Positions 1-14,800 are shown, numbered from the stretch's first letter. The stretch is 64,000 nt of DNA from Candidatus Poseidoniales archaeon (GCA_038144595.1 JAYQOB010000004.1:300611-364610); one strand, 5' to 3'. Notes: generated by a model from the letters alone, not told the origin. A program made the numbers and translations.

Positions 1-343
1 GGGCTTTGGGTCGCTCACCTGGCGAACGGCGCTTTGCGACGGCCTTCGCCAGACGTGTGGTGGATTCGATTTGGTCGGCAAGCGAGGCGAGGTCGGTCGT
101 CGAGTGGACGCCCCATGCGCCGTCGGCGAGCACCCGAAGCGTCATGCCAAGTTCCTGCCCGGGAATGGCCCGTTCAAGCACGCCGTCTCGCATGGCCACG
201 GTTGATTCGGTCAAGGCCACAACGCGAACCTCTGCATAACTCGCCCCGTAGGCAGTCGCCGCATCAAGTGCTTTCCGAACCTTTTCTTGGTCGAGGTACC
301 GCCCTGATGTCGGCCGGTGCCCGTCGTTTTGCTTCGCTGCCAT
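1..343 (-). CDS. TldD/PmbA family protein, N-terminal part (gene runs off the left edge)
   Basis: Not in the ORF track. My own minus-strand translation from ATG 343-341 gives MAAKQNDGHRPTSGRYLDQEKVRKALDAATAYGASYAEVRVVALTESTVAMRDGVLERAIPGQELGMTLRVLADGAWGVHSTTDLASLADQIES. The pattern ...vRv...(9-10)...G.l....e.G..lRvl.dG.wG..sT.dl is typical of the TldD/PmbA N-domain. Confidence 0.55.
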   Translation of the reverse strand, partial: MAAKQNDGHRPTSGRYLDQEKVRKALDAATAYGASYAEVRVVALTESTVAMRDGVLERAIPGQELGMTLRVLADGAWGVHSTTDLASLADQIESTTRLAKAVAKRRSPGERPKA

Positions 344-386
344 GACCATGAATTGTGGACAACGAAGGAGCCTTTCAACCCTCCCA

Positions 387-956
387 TCATCGGTGCGAAG
401 AACTTTGATCGTCCGCCATCAAAATGTGAGCCACCAAGGCTTCCTCCTCCCGATGCTTCGACCAGCCGTCAACGTCGACCCCTAACAGGCTCGCGCCCTC
501 TATAGAATACGACATTTGGAGTTCCCGAGGAGCCCACTTCAACAGCCAACTGAGTGTCTTCATATCGGCGTGAAACGACTCAGGTTCGATGGCGGCCGGT
601 TGGACATGACCCAAATCGTTGGCCACGCCCCTGGCCTCGGGAAGGTACACAATCCATGCGTTCTCCTGGCCGGGCTGGAGACCTGCCCGGGTGAACGCTT
701 CCGAGATATGGTGGGTACCGGCGAGGTATCGGAGGAACTCTGCGTCAATGCTCCGAGCCACCATGCCGTCCCTCAATTCATTGCGAGTGGCTTGAACCCA
801 AGCAGTCCACAACTGGTCCATGCTCTGTGCTGCATGGCCACCAAGCAACACCCAACGTTCGGAGGGGCGGTACTTGAGGAAGCGGTCAATGGCTTCCTTT
901 GGCGCTTCCCCGCTGAGGTGAATGTTCGCAACGGGGAACGGACGAGAGCTCATCAT
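387..956 (-). CDS. hypothetical protein, possibly KEOPS subunit Cgi121-like
   Basis: 189-aa ORF 24 nt downstream of hel308. The stretch EFLRYLAGTHHISEAFTRAGLQPG resembles the conserved Cgi121 segment (EILVRASGQRQIHEAIKIIGAKDG in the M. jannaschii protein). The match is weak and made by eye. Confidence 0.35.
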   Translation of the reverse strand: MMSSRPFPVANIHLSGEAPKEAIDRFLKYRPSERWVLLGGHAAQSMDQLWTAWVQATRNELRDGMVARSIDAEFLRYLAGTHHISEAFTRAGLQPGQENAWIVYLPEARGVANDLGHVQPAAIEPESFHADMKTLSWLLKWAPRELQMSYSIEGASLLGVDVDGWSKHREEEALVAHILMADDQSSSHR

Positions 957-980
957 CCCAGTCCAGCAGGTTCACCGCTT

Positions 981-3578
981 TCAATCATGCTCAGTGCGTT
1001 CGCCTTCCAGTGGAGCATCATCGCCCCGAGCAGATGGTTTGTTGACACTCGTTTCTCGTTTCAACACCCGTTCAATTTCAGTGAAAATTTTGTCCAACAA
1101 CACCGGACCCCACCCACGCTGAGCGAGAAGCGCCGATCGTTGCTTGGACGACATGCGGAGCACATCGTTCGGTTCTCGCATGCCCAACGCTGCAAGTTCT
1201 CGGGCACGTTGTCGTCCGACATGGCGGATGTTGACAAGCTGCAAGAGATCGGTCTTGCACCCGTGTCGTACGCGTTGCTGGAGGGTACTGATGCGCTGAA
1301 CGAGGTCGGCGACCACAGGAAGGTGCTCGTCAGCAAACACATCATCGGTCAGCAAGACTTGTTGGGCTCCAGCCAAGAGCCAACCCATCAAATCGATACG
1401 GTGATGAACATCCCCCGGGAGAACATCCAACTCCTTCTCCAGTTGCCGCAACGTGGTCTCTTCGGTCCATTCTTCCACCATCCAAGCGGATTTGATATCG
1501 CTGAGCATCGCTTCTGCATAGCCCGGCTCGACGAGGAGTTCATCCTCGGTTGCGTTGGCCTTCAACCAGGTGGGTGAATTGACTTCAAAATCGGCTGATT
1601 TTGCCCACAATGAAACAAAATCTGGTGTGGCAACCGCCAGATGGAGGAAGCCAAAATCAGAGACAGGTGCATCCTTTCGAACACAACGGCGGACTGCCCT
1701 GCGGAGCCCACGCCGAAGAATGGAAGCCGAGAGGGGGTCGAGGTACAATTGTGTGACACGTTCACCCATGGCCGTGGCCTCGTAGCGCATGTCGGGGCCG
1801 TCTTCAGCGACCGGTTGAACCCAACCACCCGTTTGCTCGAGTGAAGTGGCCCTTGAGAAACCGAAGGAAGGCGTAAGATGGGCGCTGCTCGCACGTTGGA
1901 GAGGCTTGGCCCCAGGTCGTTCCGGTTCCCAGGACACGCCTTGCGTGTGATGGGCGCTGGTGGCCCATGTTGGCACCGTGTCATCCCACGCTTCATCTTC
2001 GTCAACGGACGCATTGGCCCATGAGGGCGTGAAATGTTCATCCGGACCGCATCGCCGGACAAAACGCTCCTCAACCAGCCAATCGAGCATGCTCGTGAGG
2101 CGTTCCTTCAATTGGGACGGGGGCATGGAGGCCCCGAGGAAGGTGGATGAAAAGAAGTGCTCAATGGACCCCTTGTGGACGAGACCCCCCGTTGCGATGC
2201 TGGCAAGGACATGCATGCGGAGCGCGGGTTCGGAAGCCAATTTGGAAGAGATGTCTTCGATCGGGCCGAAGAAGTACCGATTAGACACTGCATCGGCCAC
2301 CTCCCATCCGTCCGTACCCTTGCAGTAGACCCAGGCTTCTCCTTTGGTGTCGTACTTTGGCCGCCCCGCACGACCGAGCATCTGACGCACTTCCATGACA
2401 GGCAATGGACGACTCATCCCGTCGTCCCACCGCTTGAGGTCTCGCACCAAGACGCGCCTCGCTGGAAGATTCACGCCTGCTGCCAAGGTTGGTGTGGCGG
2501 TCAGGGCCACCAACAGGCCATCCTTGAACGCCGCTTCCACATCCTTCCGCTGGGCGTTGGTGAGGCCTGCGTGATGAAAGCCGACCCCCGAGGACAAGCA
2601 GGCGGCCAACTGCTCGGCAAGGTTGGATTGGCTTCGACCGGTCAACTTCTCGCCGACTTCCTTGAGCCTCGCCAATCGTTCGGGGTCTTCTTTTTCGAGG
2701 CGTTTGCTAACTCGTTTTGCCAGGTTCTTCGCCTCGGATTGAGCACTTCTGCGCGTCCCAACGAACATCAACACCTGCGCACCCTGCGTCAGGCCGTCGT
2801 CCACGACGCTCCACACCGGATGACTCTTCAGGCCCTCAAGGTCCCGGGGCGGGCTCAATGTCCCGTGATCACCTTCGTCGCCCGGGGATTGGATTTTGCG
2901 CGGTTCAACGTGAAAATCGTGGAACGTAGCGTACTCAAGCGCGACCGGGCGCCAGTCGGATTGAATCAACGTCGCATCAAGCCACGTAGCAAGGTCCTGA
3001 GAGTTGCCGACCGTGGCCGAAAGCGCAATGATTTGCGCATCGGGTTTGATGTGGCGAAGGCGGGTCAGGTTGATTTCCAATGTTGGACCGCGGGTCCCGT
3101 CGTTCATCAACTGAAACTCATCCGCTACGACACAGCATACATCCGACACCAGCTCGGCGCGGTGACGCAGCAAAGAATCCAGCTTTTCGGAGGTGCACAC
3201 CAGGATGTTGCAATCGTCGATGTTTTTGGCTTCCGCTGTCGCATCGCCAATGCCCAGGCCCACGGACCAGCCCATGGCACCAGCGATGGCGCTCAAATCC
3301 TCATATTTCTCCATCGCCAGCGCCTTGAGCGGCACGATGTAGATGGCCTTTGAGCGTGAATGGCCCTCGGAAATTCGTTTGACCATGCCCATGTAGGCAA
3401 GAAGTGACTTCCCGGAAGCCGTGGGGATCGCCACCAACGTGTTGTCGCCCTTGAGAATGGACGGTGCGGCTTCAGCCTGCGGCGGGTGGAGCTGTTGAAT
3501 TCCCCATTCGTCGGTCAAGAACTTCGTAAAGCGAGCCGGCAACCCCAGCGATGAAACCGCCCGTTTTGCCACCTCCAT
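981..3578 (-). CDS. hel308: Hel308/Ski2-type ATP-dependent DNA helicase
   Basis: 865-aa ORF with Walker A AIPTASGKS, DExQ box VVADEFQ, motif III LSAT and HHAGL. The Ski2/Hel308 domain order is present, with a roughly 100-aa low-complexity insertion. Confidence 0.9.
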   Translation of the reverse strand: MEVAKRAVSSLGLPARFTKFLTDEWGIQQLHPPQAEAAPSILKGDNTLVAIPTASGKSLLAYMGMVKRISEGHSRSKAIYIVPLKALAMEKYEDLSAIAGAMGWSVGLGIGDATAEAKNIDDCNILVCTSEKLDSLLRHRAELVSDVCCVVADEFQLMNDGTRGPTLEINLTRLRHIKPDAQIIALSATVGNSQDLATWLDATLIQSDWRPVALEYATFHDFHVEPRKIQSPGDEGDHGTLSPPRDLEGLKSHPVWSVVDDGLTQGAQVLMFVGTRRSAQSEAKNLAKRVSKRLEKEDPERLARLKEVGEKLTGRSQSNLAEQLAACLSSGVGFHHAGLTNAQRKDVEAAFKDGLLVALTATPTLAAGVNLPARRVLVRDLKRWDDGMSRPLPVMEVRQMLGRAGRPKYDTKGEAWVYCKGTDGWEVADAVSNRYFFGPIEDISSKLASEPALRMHVLASIATGGLVHKGSIEHFFSSTFLGASMPPSQLKERLTSMLDWLVEERFVRRCGPDEHFTPSWANASVDEDEAWDDTVPTWATSAHHTQGVSWEPERPGAKPLQRASSAHLTPSFGFSRATSLEQTGGWVQPVAEDGPDMRYEATAMGERVTQLYLDPLSASILRRGLRRAVRRCVRKDAPVSDFGFLHLAVATPDFVSLWAKSADFEVNSPTWLKANATEDELLVEPGYAEAMLSDIKSAWMVEEWTEETTLRQLEKELDVLPGDVHHRIDLMGWLLAGAQQVLLTDDVFADEHLPVVADLVQRISTLQQRVRHGCKTDLLQLVNIRHVGRQRARELAALGMREPNDVLRMSSKQRSALLAQRGWGPVLLDKIFTEIERVLKRETSVNKPSARGDDAPLEGERTEHD

Positions 3579-3666
3579 ACCGCCTCATATCGGGCAGCGG
3601 TTCAAAAGGACAACGCCCCCTCTTTGTTGCCGACACTTAGAAGTCCCACCTGTGCGTGGTCAAAGC

Positions 3667-4284
3667 ATGAGCGACGAACGAGATGCCATGGTCGAGGAAC
3701 GTCTTTCGGTGTTTGATGACGAGCCCGACCTCAACGACTGGGTCGAGGTCATGTGCGGCGCCGCCATGGCCGTGTTGGGGATCTTTCACTTGGTCGAGCC
3801 GGGCAACCTTGTCGACCCGGACATCATGCGATGGTTTGCCGCTGCCGTGGTTGCCGCAGGAGCGGTGTGGGCTGGCCACGGACTCAAAGACATGGCCGTC
3901 AAGGAAGTCCGCCGCTCCATCGCCCTCCTCGACATGGTCAACAACGACCAGGGCGTTGACACAGGCTTGATCCGAGACGTCCTCCTCAACCAAGAAGCCT
4001 ACAAGGAATTCTTGGTCCACGCCTATGATTCTGCCTGGGAGGATGGCGTGATCACGGAAGCGGAACTCAGGGAACTCAAATCGTTCCAAGAGGCGCTCGG
4101 CATCAGCGACCAAGAAGCCGCTGATTTGAACGTCAAGGCCGCCATCAAATCCGCAGCGGCTGATGGAGAAATCACCGCTGACGAGGCCAAATCCATCGAG
4201 GCTGCTGCCAAGGCCGCCAACATGACGGAGTCAGACACTGCGAAGGCGGTCAGCGACGAGCTTGGGAAAACCGAAAGCAACTGA
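3667..4284 (+). CDS. hypothetical 2-TM membrane protein with TerB-like helical C-terminal module
   Basis: ATG at 3667; the track ORF begins at an alternative start at 3652. Two hydrophobic helices (GAAMAVLGIFHLV, WFAAAVVAAGAVWAG) are followed by EDGVITEAELRELKSFQEALGISDQEA. Confidence 0.5.
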   Translation: MSDERDAMVEERLSVFDDEPDLNDWVEVMCGAAMAVLGIFHLVEPGNLVDPDIMRWFAAAVVAAGAVWAGHGLKDMAVKEVRRSIALLDMVNNDQGVDTGLIRDVLLNQEAYKEFLVHAYDSAWEDGVITEAELRELKSFQEALGISDQEAADLNVKAAIKSAAADGEITADEAKSIEAAAKAANMTESDTAKAVSDELGKTESN

Positions 4285-6357
4285 TCAGGCCCATTGGTCG
4301 GACCCCGGGGCATATTCACGGGCCAGTGCTTCCGCCTTTGACTTGCGTTGAACCTCCACCCATGTGGCCAACAATCCAAGGGTCACACCGACCATCATCA
4401 GCCCGCCACCGTACGGGACGAATCCATCGGCGCTTTGAATTCCCCAAGAGGGCGGGATATCTCGGCCGTCAAAACCTGTGGACGGTATGAAATTCACGTC
4501 GAGTAGATCAAGATCACAATCGCATAACGAGATGGTGATTCGCTCGGGGAACAGGGCCGATTGAAGCCGAACCCAATCGTTGGCATCGACCGTTGATGGG
4601 CGAGTGGCCCATGCAGGTGATGCGAGCGAGCCGCTGGCCGGCGCAGCAATCATCTCGGCATCGATGTGAAAGACCGAGGACGACGGTGCGTCATCGACCA
4701 CCAACATCGCTTCGAGCATCATGAGATCGAGCACCAAGGAACGGCTTGCAAGGAGAATGAATCGGACGGTTTGCGCCTCAAGCATCCCTTCCTGCGTGGT
4801 GTAGGTCTGACCTTGAGCCACTTGACCGAAGATGGCCTGGTCCAAACGGAACGAATCCAGTTCAGGCACCACTAGTTGCCACCGACCATCATCAAGAGGG
4901 ATGGCTTGGTCAATGTCGAGTTTGAGTTGAAGACGCTCCCCGGCCAACATGCCCCAGGTCGCTCCTGTGTGGGTCGCAAGCGTTTGCTCGGGCACACCCT
5001 CAGCAGATACATCCCAGAGTTGCTTGAGCCGCATGTCGATGAGCTCATCGACGGTGATCTCCTCGGGATGCTGAACTTGGTTGTACATGACCACGGCGGG
5101 ATTGAGAACCCCGCCGACGACCAGCAGGAGGACGCCCGGTACAAACAAGCCGAACCGGACACCGTACGCAGTTGTCGGACGAAAGGCGACGAACGTGAAC
5201 GCACCAAGCATCAGAAGCGACACCAACAACAACCCGACGCCTTGGTTGTCCAGGTCAACTGAATGGTCGAGGCTTCCAACGAGGCCCGTGCCCTGCGGGT
5301 AGTAACTTGCGGCGGTAAATTCTGTGGGGTCGGTCGGACCCGTCCCTTCGTATCCAAAAACACCCGTCCATGCATAAGGCTGGATTTTCTCCGGTGAACC
5401 GTGCATGCACAGGGTGTAGTCGCCGGTCGGAAGGGCTCGCCAGCGGTAGGTGATGCGCAGGGATTCGCCATCATCGTCGACCACGACTTCTGGAGTGGGT
5501 GAGAGCCTTCCAGCAGCGGTGATCAAGTCGGGAATTGGATGTGGCTGCTCAATTTCAATGGGGACGACTTCCCATTCCACCAACAAGCGGAGCACTTCGT
5601 GAGATTCTATTTCGAAGGCCCAGCAATCGTGGTCCGCACCCACCAACGCACCTCGGTGAACATCCTCGAATGACGTGGCAACCGGTTGTGTTCGGGACGA
5701 GGGTTCGTCCATGTTCACTTGGGCTGCGTCCATCGACCACTGGACGTCCAGTTGAAGAAACGAGGCACCTCGCATGTTCAGCGACCATGTTCCCGGTCGG
5801 TCAAGGGTCACCGTGATCAGCAATCGGACGCTCGCTTCCTCCCAGAGCACCCTGCCAGCCGACGTGTCGAGGGGTTCATCCTCCAGCAGGTACGGCGAAG
5901 TCGCCATCTCAGGAAGTGTGCTCGCCTCGAAGGACCACTGGTTGACGTTCTCACCGAGGATCAAGCGAACATCCATTGCTGGGCGAAACAGGCTCCCTGA
6001 CTCGGTTTGATGTTTGAAATCGATTTCGAGGACATCCAAGAATTCAGGCAACAGGGCGATATGATCTTGACTCGGGCTCATGATGAATTCGAAGACGACG
6101 GTTTCGGGCTGCACGATGTTGGCAAAGGTCTGGTCGGAAATCTGTTCCTCACCGACCGGCGTGGGTGAAAGGACACAATCGTTGTCTTCAAGGCACGACA
6201 GGAACAAGTCGCCCTCTTCTTTGGTCAAGCCTGCGGAAGCAGCCGGGACGAACGGTTGAGCCAACAAGGTCAGCAGGCAAGCGATGAACACGGCGCATCG
6301 CAGAGGGCGAGCCGACACCTGCTTCATCGAGCAGAGGGTTGAGTCGCAGTATTTCAT
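4285..6357 (-). CDS. hypothetical secreted/membrane protein (690 aa)
   Basis: Signal-peptide-like N-terminus (RCAVFIACLLTLLAQPFVPAASA), central TM helices (GLLLVSLLMLGAFTFVAF, FGLFVPGVLLLVVGGVL) and a C-terminal TM helix. ATGA overlap with the upstream SprT-like gene. No recognisable catalytic motif. Confidence 0.6.
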   Translation of the reverse strand: MKYCDSTLCSMKQVSARPLRCAVFIACLLTLLAQPFVPAASAGLTKEEGDLFLSCLEDNDCVLSPTPVGEEQISDQTFANIVQPETVVFEFIMSPSQDHIALLPEFLDVLEIDFKHQTESGSLFRPAMDVRLILGENVNQWSFEASTLPEMATSPYLLEDEPLDTSAGRVLWEEASVRLLITVTLDRPGTWSLNMRGASFLQLDVQWSMDAAQVNMDEPSSRTQPVATSFEDVHRGALVGADHDCWAFEIESHEVLRLLVEWEVVPIEIEQPHPIPDLITAAGRLSPTPEVVVDDDGESLRITYRWRALPTGDYTLCMHGSPEKIQPYAWTGVFGYEGTGPTDPTEFTAASYYPQGTGLVGSLDHSVDLDNQGVGLLLVSLLMLGAFTFVAFRPTTAYGVRFGLFVPGVLLLVVGGVLNPAVVMYNQVQHPEEITVDELIDMRLKQLWDVSAEGVPEQTLATHTGATWGMLAGERLQLKLDIDQAIPLDDGRWQLVVPELDSFRLDQAIFGQVAQGQTYTTQEGMLEAQTVRFILLASRSLVLDLMMLEAMLVVDDAPSSSVFHIDAEMIAAPASGSLASPAWATRPSTVDANDWVRLQSALFPERITISLCDCDLDLLDVNFIPSTGFDGRDIPPSWGIQSADGFVPYGGGLMMVGVTLGLLATWVEVQRKSKAEALAREYAPGSDQWA

Positions 6358-6884
6358 TCAATGTCCCGGCTGGGCACATCCTTGAGTACCGTTTTGCATC
6401 GCCTGCACATGTACCGGCCACCGCCTTTTCGTTGCCGAGGGTAGCGCTCATCGCAAGTCGGACACACCCAATGCCAGGAGGCCCTCGCAAGCCTTCTTGC
6501 GTGCGTGAACGCTTTTCCACGAGCCGCCGCAGTCCTGTGAGGCCAACGCGCTTCCAAGGCCCTGAAGGTGCGGTCGTGAGCCCGATGACCCAAAGCGTGG
6601 AGGTATTCATGGAACAGCACGAAGGCTGCATAGTCTCGCCAGTTATCGTTGAGCAAATGCGGATTCAAGTCGACCACATCGACTTTCAAACGGCCGTGTT
6701 CGTCGCCGCTCCAGCGTGTCACACCGTGGCGTTGCGTGGCGTTTGACCGCAACACACCCAGCGGAACAGCGTCCAAACGTCGGCGACCATCCTCGTCCAA
6801 CATTCCGATGGCCGTCATCTCGGCCAACACCTCCACCTGCAGCGCATCCAGTTCATGCTGTTGCTCAACCGATGGTCGAGGCAT
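6354..6884 (-). CDS. SprT-like zinc metallopeptidase with C-terminal zinc ribbon
   Basis: HExxH motif in VLFHEYLHALGH, plus CPTC...CRRC (a four-cysteine ribbon) near the C-terminus. Confidence 0.5.
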   Translation of the reverse strand: MPRPSVEQQHELDALQVEVLAEMTAIGMLDEDGRRRLDAVPLGVLRSNATQRHGVTRWSGDEHGRLKVDVVDLNPHLLNDNWRDYAAFVLFHEYLHALGHRAHDRTFRALEARWPHRTAAARGKAFTHARRLARASWHWVCPTCDERYPRQRKGGGRYMCRRCKTVLKDVPSRDIE

Positions 6885-6893
6885 GCCACGGCC

Positions 6894-7388
6894 TCAGGAC
6901 CATCGATGATAGGCGGGGTGCCCTTCCTTCACAGCGACAAAGAGACCGCTCCCTGTTGCACATACCTTACCTTCCGCTTCCAAGGTGAGCGCAACCCGCA
7001 CCCTATCGTCCATGACCTCGGTTGGCGTGGCGTTCACCGTCAAGGTCGCACCATGGGGCGGAGGCCGTCGAAGTTGAACATCGTAGGCGGCGGTGACCGT
7101 GCAGGGCGGCTCATCAAGGCCTTGTGCATCCATGAGTGCCACAGCAGCCGCCCAATTCCCATGACAGTCGAGCAGGGTCCCGATGATACCGCCGTTGATC
7201 ATGCCAGGAAAGGCTTGGTGATGGTCAGCTGGAACGAAGTCCATGGTCAGCCCGTCCGCTGTCCGAAAGGAATTGATCCGAAGGCCGTGTTCGTTGGCTG
7301 GACCGCATCCAAAACAAATCGAAGTGGGAGCGTAGGTCCGTTGCACACCGAGGTCGCTCATGGTGGGAAGACCAGCGACACGATTCAT
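6894..7388 (-). CDS. PaaI-family hotdog-fold thioesterase
   Basis: ICFGCGPANEHGLRI followed by a hotdog-like core (GGIIGTLLDCHGNWA). The track ORF extends to 7700 but would overlap the divergent gene, so the ATG at 7388 (or 7361) is preferred. Confidence 0.65.
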   Translation of the reverse strand: MNRVAGLPTMSDLGVQRTYAPTSICFGCGPANEHGLRINSFRTADGLTMDFVPADHHQAFPGMINGGIIGTLLDCHGNWAAAVALMDAQGLDEPPCTVTAAYDVQLRRPPPHGATLTVNATPTEVMDDRVRVALTLEAEGKVCATGSGLFVAVKEGHPAYHRWS

Positions 7389-7446
7389 GGTTCTTGCCTC
7401 GGGGAAAAACGGAGCGTTGATGACGGGCAGGGGCGTAGGGAATCGC

Positions 7447-8760
7447 ATGAGCGGGCGGAAGAAGAAAACCGTCCGCAAGGTGCGCGTCGCGCACGAACTC
7501 CCCAAACGACGACGAATGGCCATTGAAGAGGCGATGAAAGAACACCAAACCGAAGACCGACCGGAATGGGACCGAACCTCCGACTGGGGTGACATCCGGT
7601 TCAACCGAAAGCGCATCAAACCGGGGACGCTTCGAACCGTGCACCTTCCTTTGCTCAACGTCAGCCTCGGTGATGCGTGGCCCATCCCGGTCACCATCAT
7701 TCACGGTTCAAGACCGGGCCCTTGCATCACGGTCATTGGTGGCATCCATGGCGACGAATTAACCGGCCCCTCCGCTTGCACTCACCTCCTGAGCAACGCC
7801 TTCACGGACGATGGAAAACCCCTCGACCCCAAGAGCCTCGCCGGCACGCTGCGCATCGTCCCCATCGTGAACCTTCCCGGCTACCGGATGAAATCGAGGT
7901 ATTTCCCTGATGGAAGGGACCTCAACCGACAATTTCCAGGCGACCCGGGCGGCTCAACCACACGGCGGGTTGCCCATCAAGTGTGGACGCACCTGGTTGA
8001 GGACAGTGACGCCATCATCGACCTGCACAGCGCCGCCAAAGGACGACGGAACATGCCTCAGGTTCGGTGTGACCTCACTCATACAAGTTCCTACTTACTG
8101 GCCAAATCATTCGGCATTGAAATCATCCTCGACTCGGTTCCTTCCAAAGGGACGTTGCGTCGCACGGGCAACGCCGCAGACATCCCAGTGGTTACGTACG
8201 AGGGCGGCGGGGCAGATTCGCTGGGCGACCTCTCGGTCAAGGTGGCCGTCCATGGTGTGATGAACGCCTTGCGTTCGATGCGCATGGTGCCCGGCAACCC
8301 TCAACGGCCCAAATTCCGAATCATGGCCAGCGGCTCGACATGGCTAAGGGCCGCCGAAGGCGGCTTGCTCGACATGTTTGTCCAAGCGGGGAGCGTCATG
8401 CGAGAGGGGGAAGTGGTGGCGACCATCTCCGACCCCGCCACGCCAGGCATGTCGGTTGACATCGTCGCACCCGAAGACGGTTTGATCATCGGTGCCGCCA
8501 CGAACCCGTTCACGGCGGCTGGCATGCCGGGCGGCCATTTTTTGCCCATCTCCAAACATTTCGCCTTGCTTGAGGAGCAAATCGATGAGAACGGCCAATT
8601 CATCGTCAACGGAAGCCTCGAGGAGAAGGTGTGGCGAGAGGAGCACGAAATCAACGAAATTTCGCTCGATGGCGAATGGAGCGGTGGTGAAGTGGACTCG
8701 GAGTGGATCGGCTCCAAGCCCACGGGAGAGGAAAAGGACTTCGAAGAGGAAGCCGCTTGA
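7447..8760 (+). CDS. succinylglutamate desuccinylase/aspartoacylase (AstE/AspA, M14-like) family protein
   Basis: GGIHGDELTG zinc-binding motif and IIDLHSA. ATG at 7447 (MSGRKKK) is preferred over the track start at 7360. Acidic C-terminal extension. Confidence 0.7.
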   Translation: MSGRKKKTVRKVRVAHELPKRRRMAIEEAMKEHQTEDRPEWDRTSDWGDIRFNRKRIKPGTLRTVHLPLLNVSLGDAWPIPVTIIHGSRPGPCITVIGGIHGDELTGPSACTHLLSNAFTDDGKPLDPKSLAGTLRIVPIVNLPGYRMKSRYFPDGRDLNRQFPGDPGGSTTRRVAHQVWTHLVEDSDAIIDLHSAAKGRRNMPQVRCDLTHTSSYLLAKSFGIEIILDSVPSKGTLRRTGNAADIPVVTYEGGGADSLGDLSVKVAVHGVMNALRSMRMVPGNPQRPKFRIMASGSTWLRAAEGGLLDMFVQAGSVMREGEVVATISDPATPGMSVDIVAPEDGLIIGAATNPFTAAGMPGGHFLPISKHFALLEEQIDENGQFIVNGSLEEKVWREEHEINEISLDGEWSGGEVDSEWIGSKPTGEEKDFEEEAA

Positions 8761-8763
8761 TCA

Positions 8764-10077
8764 TCAAGCGCTGAACGCAGCGACTGCAGCGTGAATTTCT
8801 TCATCAAGCATGTTCCGCTTCTGGCTCTTGGCCACTTCAAACAGATGAGCGACCAAGTCATCTTGAGGTTCAATGCCCTCTTGTTCCAACCACCAAATGA
8901 TGTTCGAGCGACCGGACATGTGCCCGATTCGGATGACCTGCTTCAAACCGAAATCACCGGCAGGAACGCCGGAATACACACGGTCGGCAAGCCAATGGTC
9001 GCCTTTCCGCATGGCCTTGATGACAGCTGAAGCGTGGACACCGGTACCGGTTTCAAAGGCATCCTCACCGAACACAGGGTAGTTTCGTGGCAAGGGGACT
9101 TCGATGTATTCGTTGGCCTTCTGCATGTAGGTGTCCAGCAACGTCAGGTCGTTGTCAATGACGCCCATGAGCTTCAAATTGACCAAGGTTTGGTCGAGCG
9201 GGGCGTTTCCAGCTCGCTCACCTACGCCAAGGGCCGTGCCGTGAATCACATCGGCGCCGGCTTCCACCGCAGCGATGTTGTTGGCCACGCCAAGACCACG
9301 GTCTTGGTGGCCGTGCCAGTTGACTTCGATGTCCCGGCGCTGGTAGCCTGCGTCCTTGATGACCTCCTCGTCAATGAAGGCGAGGAGTTTCTTGACGCCG
9401 TTGGGCGTGACATGGCCGCAGGTATCGCACACGCACAGGCGGCGCACGCCAAGTTCCATGGCTCGTTGGTAAATCATCTTCACATCTTCAGGGTTGGAAC
9501 GGGTGGTGTCCTCGGTGACAAACATGACAGGAACATCGTTCTCAACAGCGTAGGAGACGGCCTTTTCCATCGTGGTCATGAGTTTCTCCATGGTCCAGCC
9601 TTCCGTGTACTGGCGGATGGGGCTGGTGCCGAGGAAAGCGGAGGCTTGGATTTCCATTTCGTGCTTGGCCTGCATCTCCACCAGCGGTTCAATGTCGCCC
9701 ATCAAGGTTCGAACAGCCGCTCCGGGTCGGATGGCGTAGTCGTTTTCTCGGATGTGGGTGAGCATGGCATCGATGTGGTTGCGGTGGAACGGGCCAGCCC
9801 CGGGCAGACCAAGGTCGACCTTTTGCAAACCGAGTTGCTCCATGTAACCGAGAAGTTCGATCTTCTGCTCGATCGTGGGATTGCGGGCGCTGGGGCTCTG
9901 AAGCCCGTCGCGCAAGGTTTCATCATCAAACCAAACCCCGTGAGGGTGGTTGTTCGCATCACGCTTGAAGTCGTACTCCACCGTATTCCAATCGTAAATC
10001 AAAGAACGCTCGTCCATCAATCTCACCGCAGGAGGGAACGCCCCTTGCGAACCGAAGACATCGGCATCCTGTTTCAA
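8764..10077 (-). CDS. HMGL-like aldolase family: 2-isopropylmalate/homocitrate/citramalate synthase-type enzyme
   Basis: DETLRDGLQSP and HGHQDRGLGVANNIAAVEAGADVIHGTALGVGERAGNAPL are typical of the LeuA/NifV/CimA catalytic TIM barrel. No LeuA regulatory domain is present. Confidence 0.7.
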   Translation of the reverse strand: MKQDADVFGSQGAFPPAVRLMDERSLIYDWNTVEYDFKRDANNHPHGVWFDDETLRDGLQSPSARNPTIEQKIELLGYMEQLGLQKVDLGLPGAGPFHRNHIDAMLTHIRENDYAIRPGAAVRTLMGDIEPLVEMQAKHEMEIQASAFLGTSPIRQYTEGWTMEKLMTTMEKAVSYAVENDVPVMFVTEDTTRSNPEDVKMIYQRAMELGVRRLCVCDTCGHVTPNGVKKLLAFIDEEVIKDAGYQRRDIEVNWHGHQDRGLGVANNIAAVEAGADVIHGTALGVGERAGNAPLDQTLVNLKLMGVIDNDLTLLDTYMQKANEYIEVPLPRNYPVFGEDAFETGTGVHASAVIKAMRKGDHWLADRVYSGVPAGDFGLKQVIRIGHMSGRSNIIWWLEQEGIEPQDDLVAHLFEVAKSQKRNMLDEEIHAAVAAFSA

Positions 10078-10125
10078 TGCGTCGCTCGCTTGCGCTGCGC
10101 GTCAAGGCTCGTCCATGCGGCCGGG

Positions 10126-14781
<4,656 letters not shown>

Positions 14782-14800
14782 TTCTTCACCTCAAAGCGTG

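Noticed and set aside
6-345. Plus-strand ORFs 6-239 and 34-345 at the left edge.
   Set aside because: Their translations are Arg/Pro/Ser-rich. The opposite strand reads as a clean TldD/PmbA N-terminus starting at ATG 343, which the track omitted because the gene runs off the window.
2157-3353. Long antisense ORFs inside confident genes: 2157-3353 (+) in hel308. The same applies to 9034-10194, 11023-12516, 27899-28786, 35459-36394, 38223-39143, 38890-40086, 48033-49385, 58610-60031 and 60156-61916.
   Set aside because: These are typical shadow ORFs of GC-rich DNA. They lie opposite genes with unambiguous family motifs, have Arg/Gly/Val/His-rich low-complexity translations, and show no recognisable motifs.
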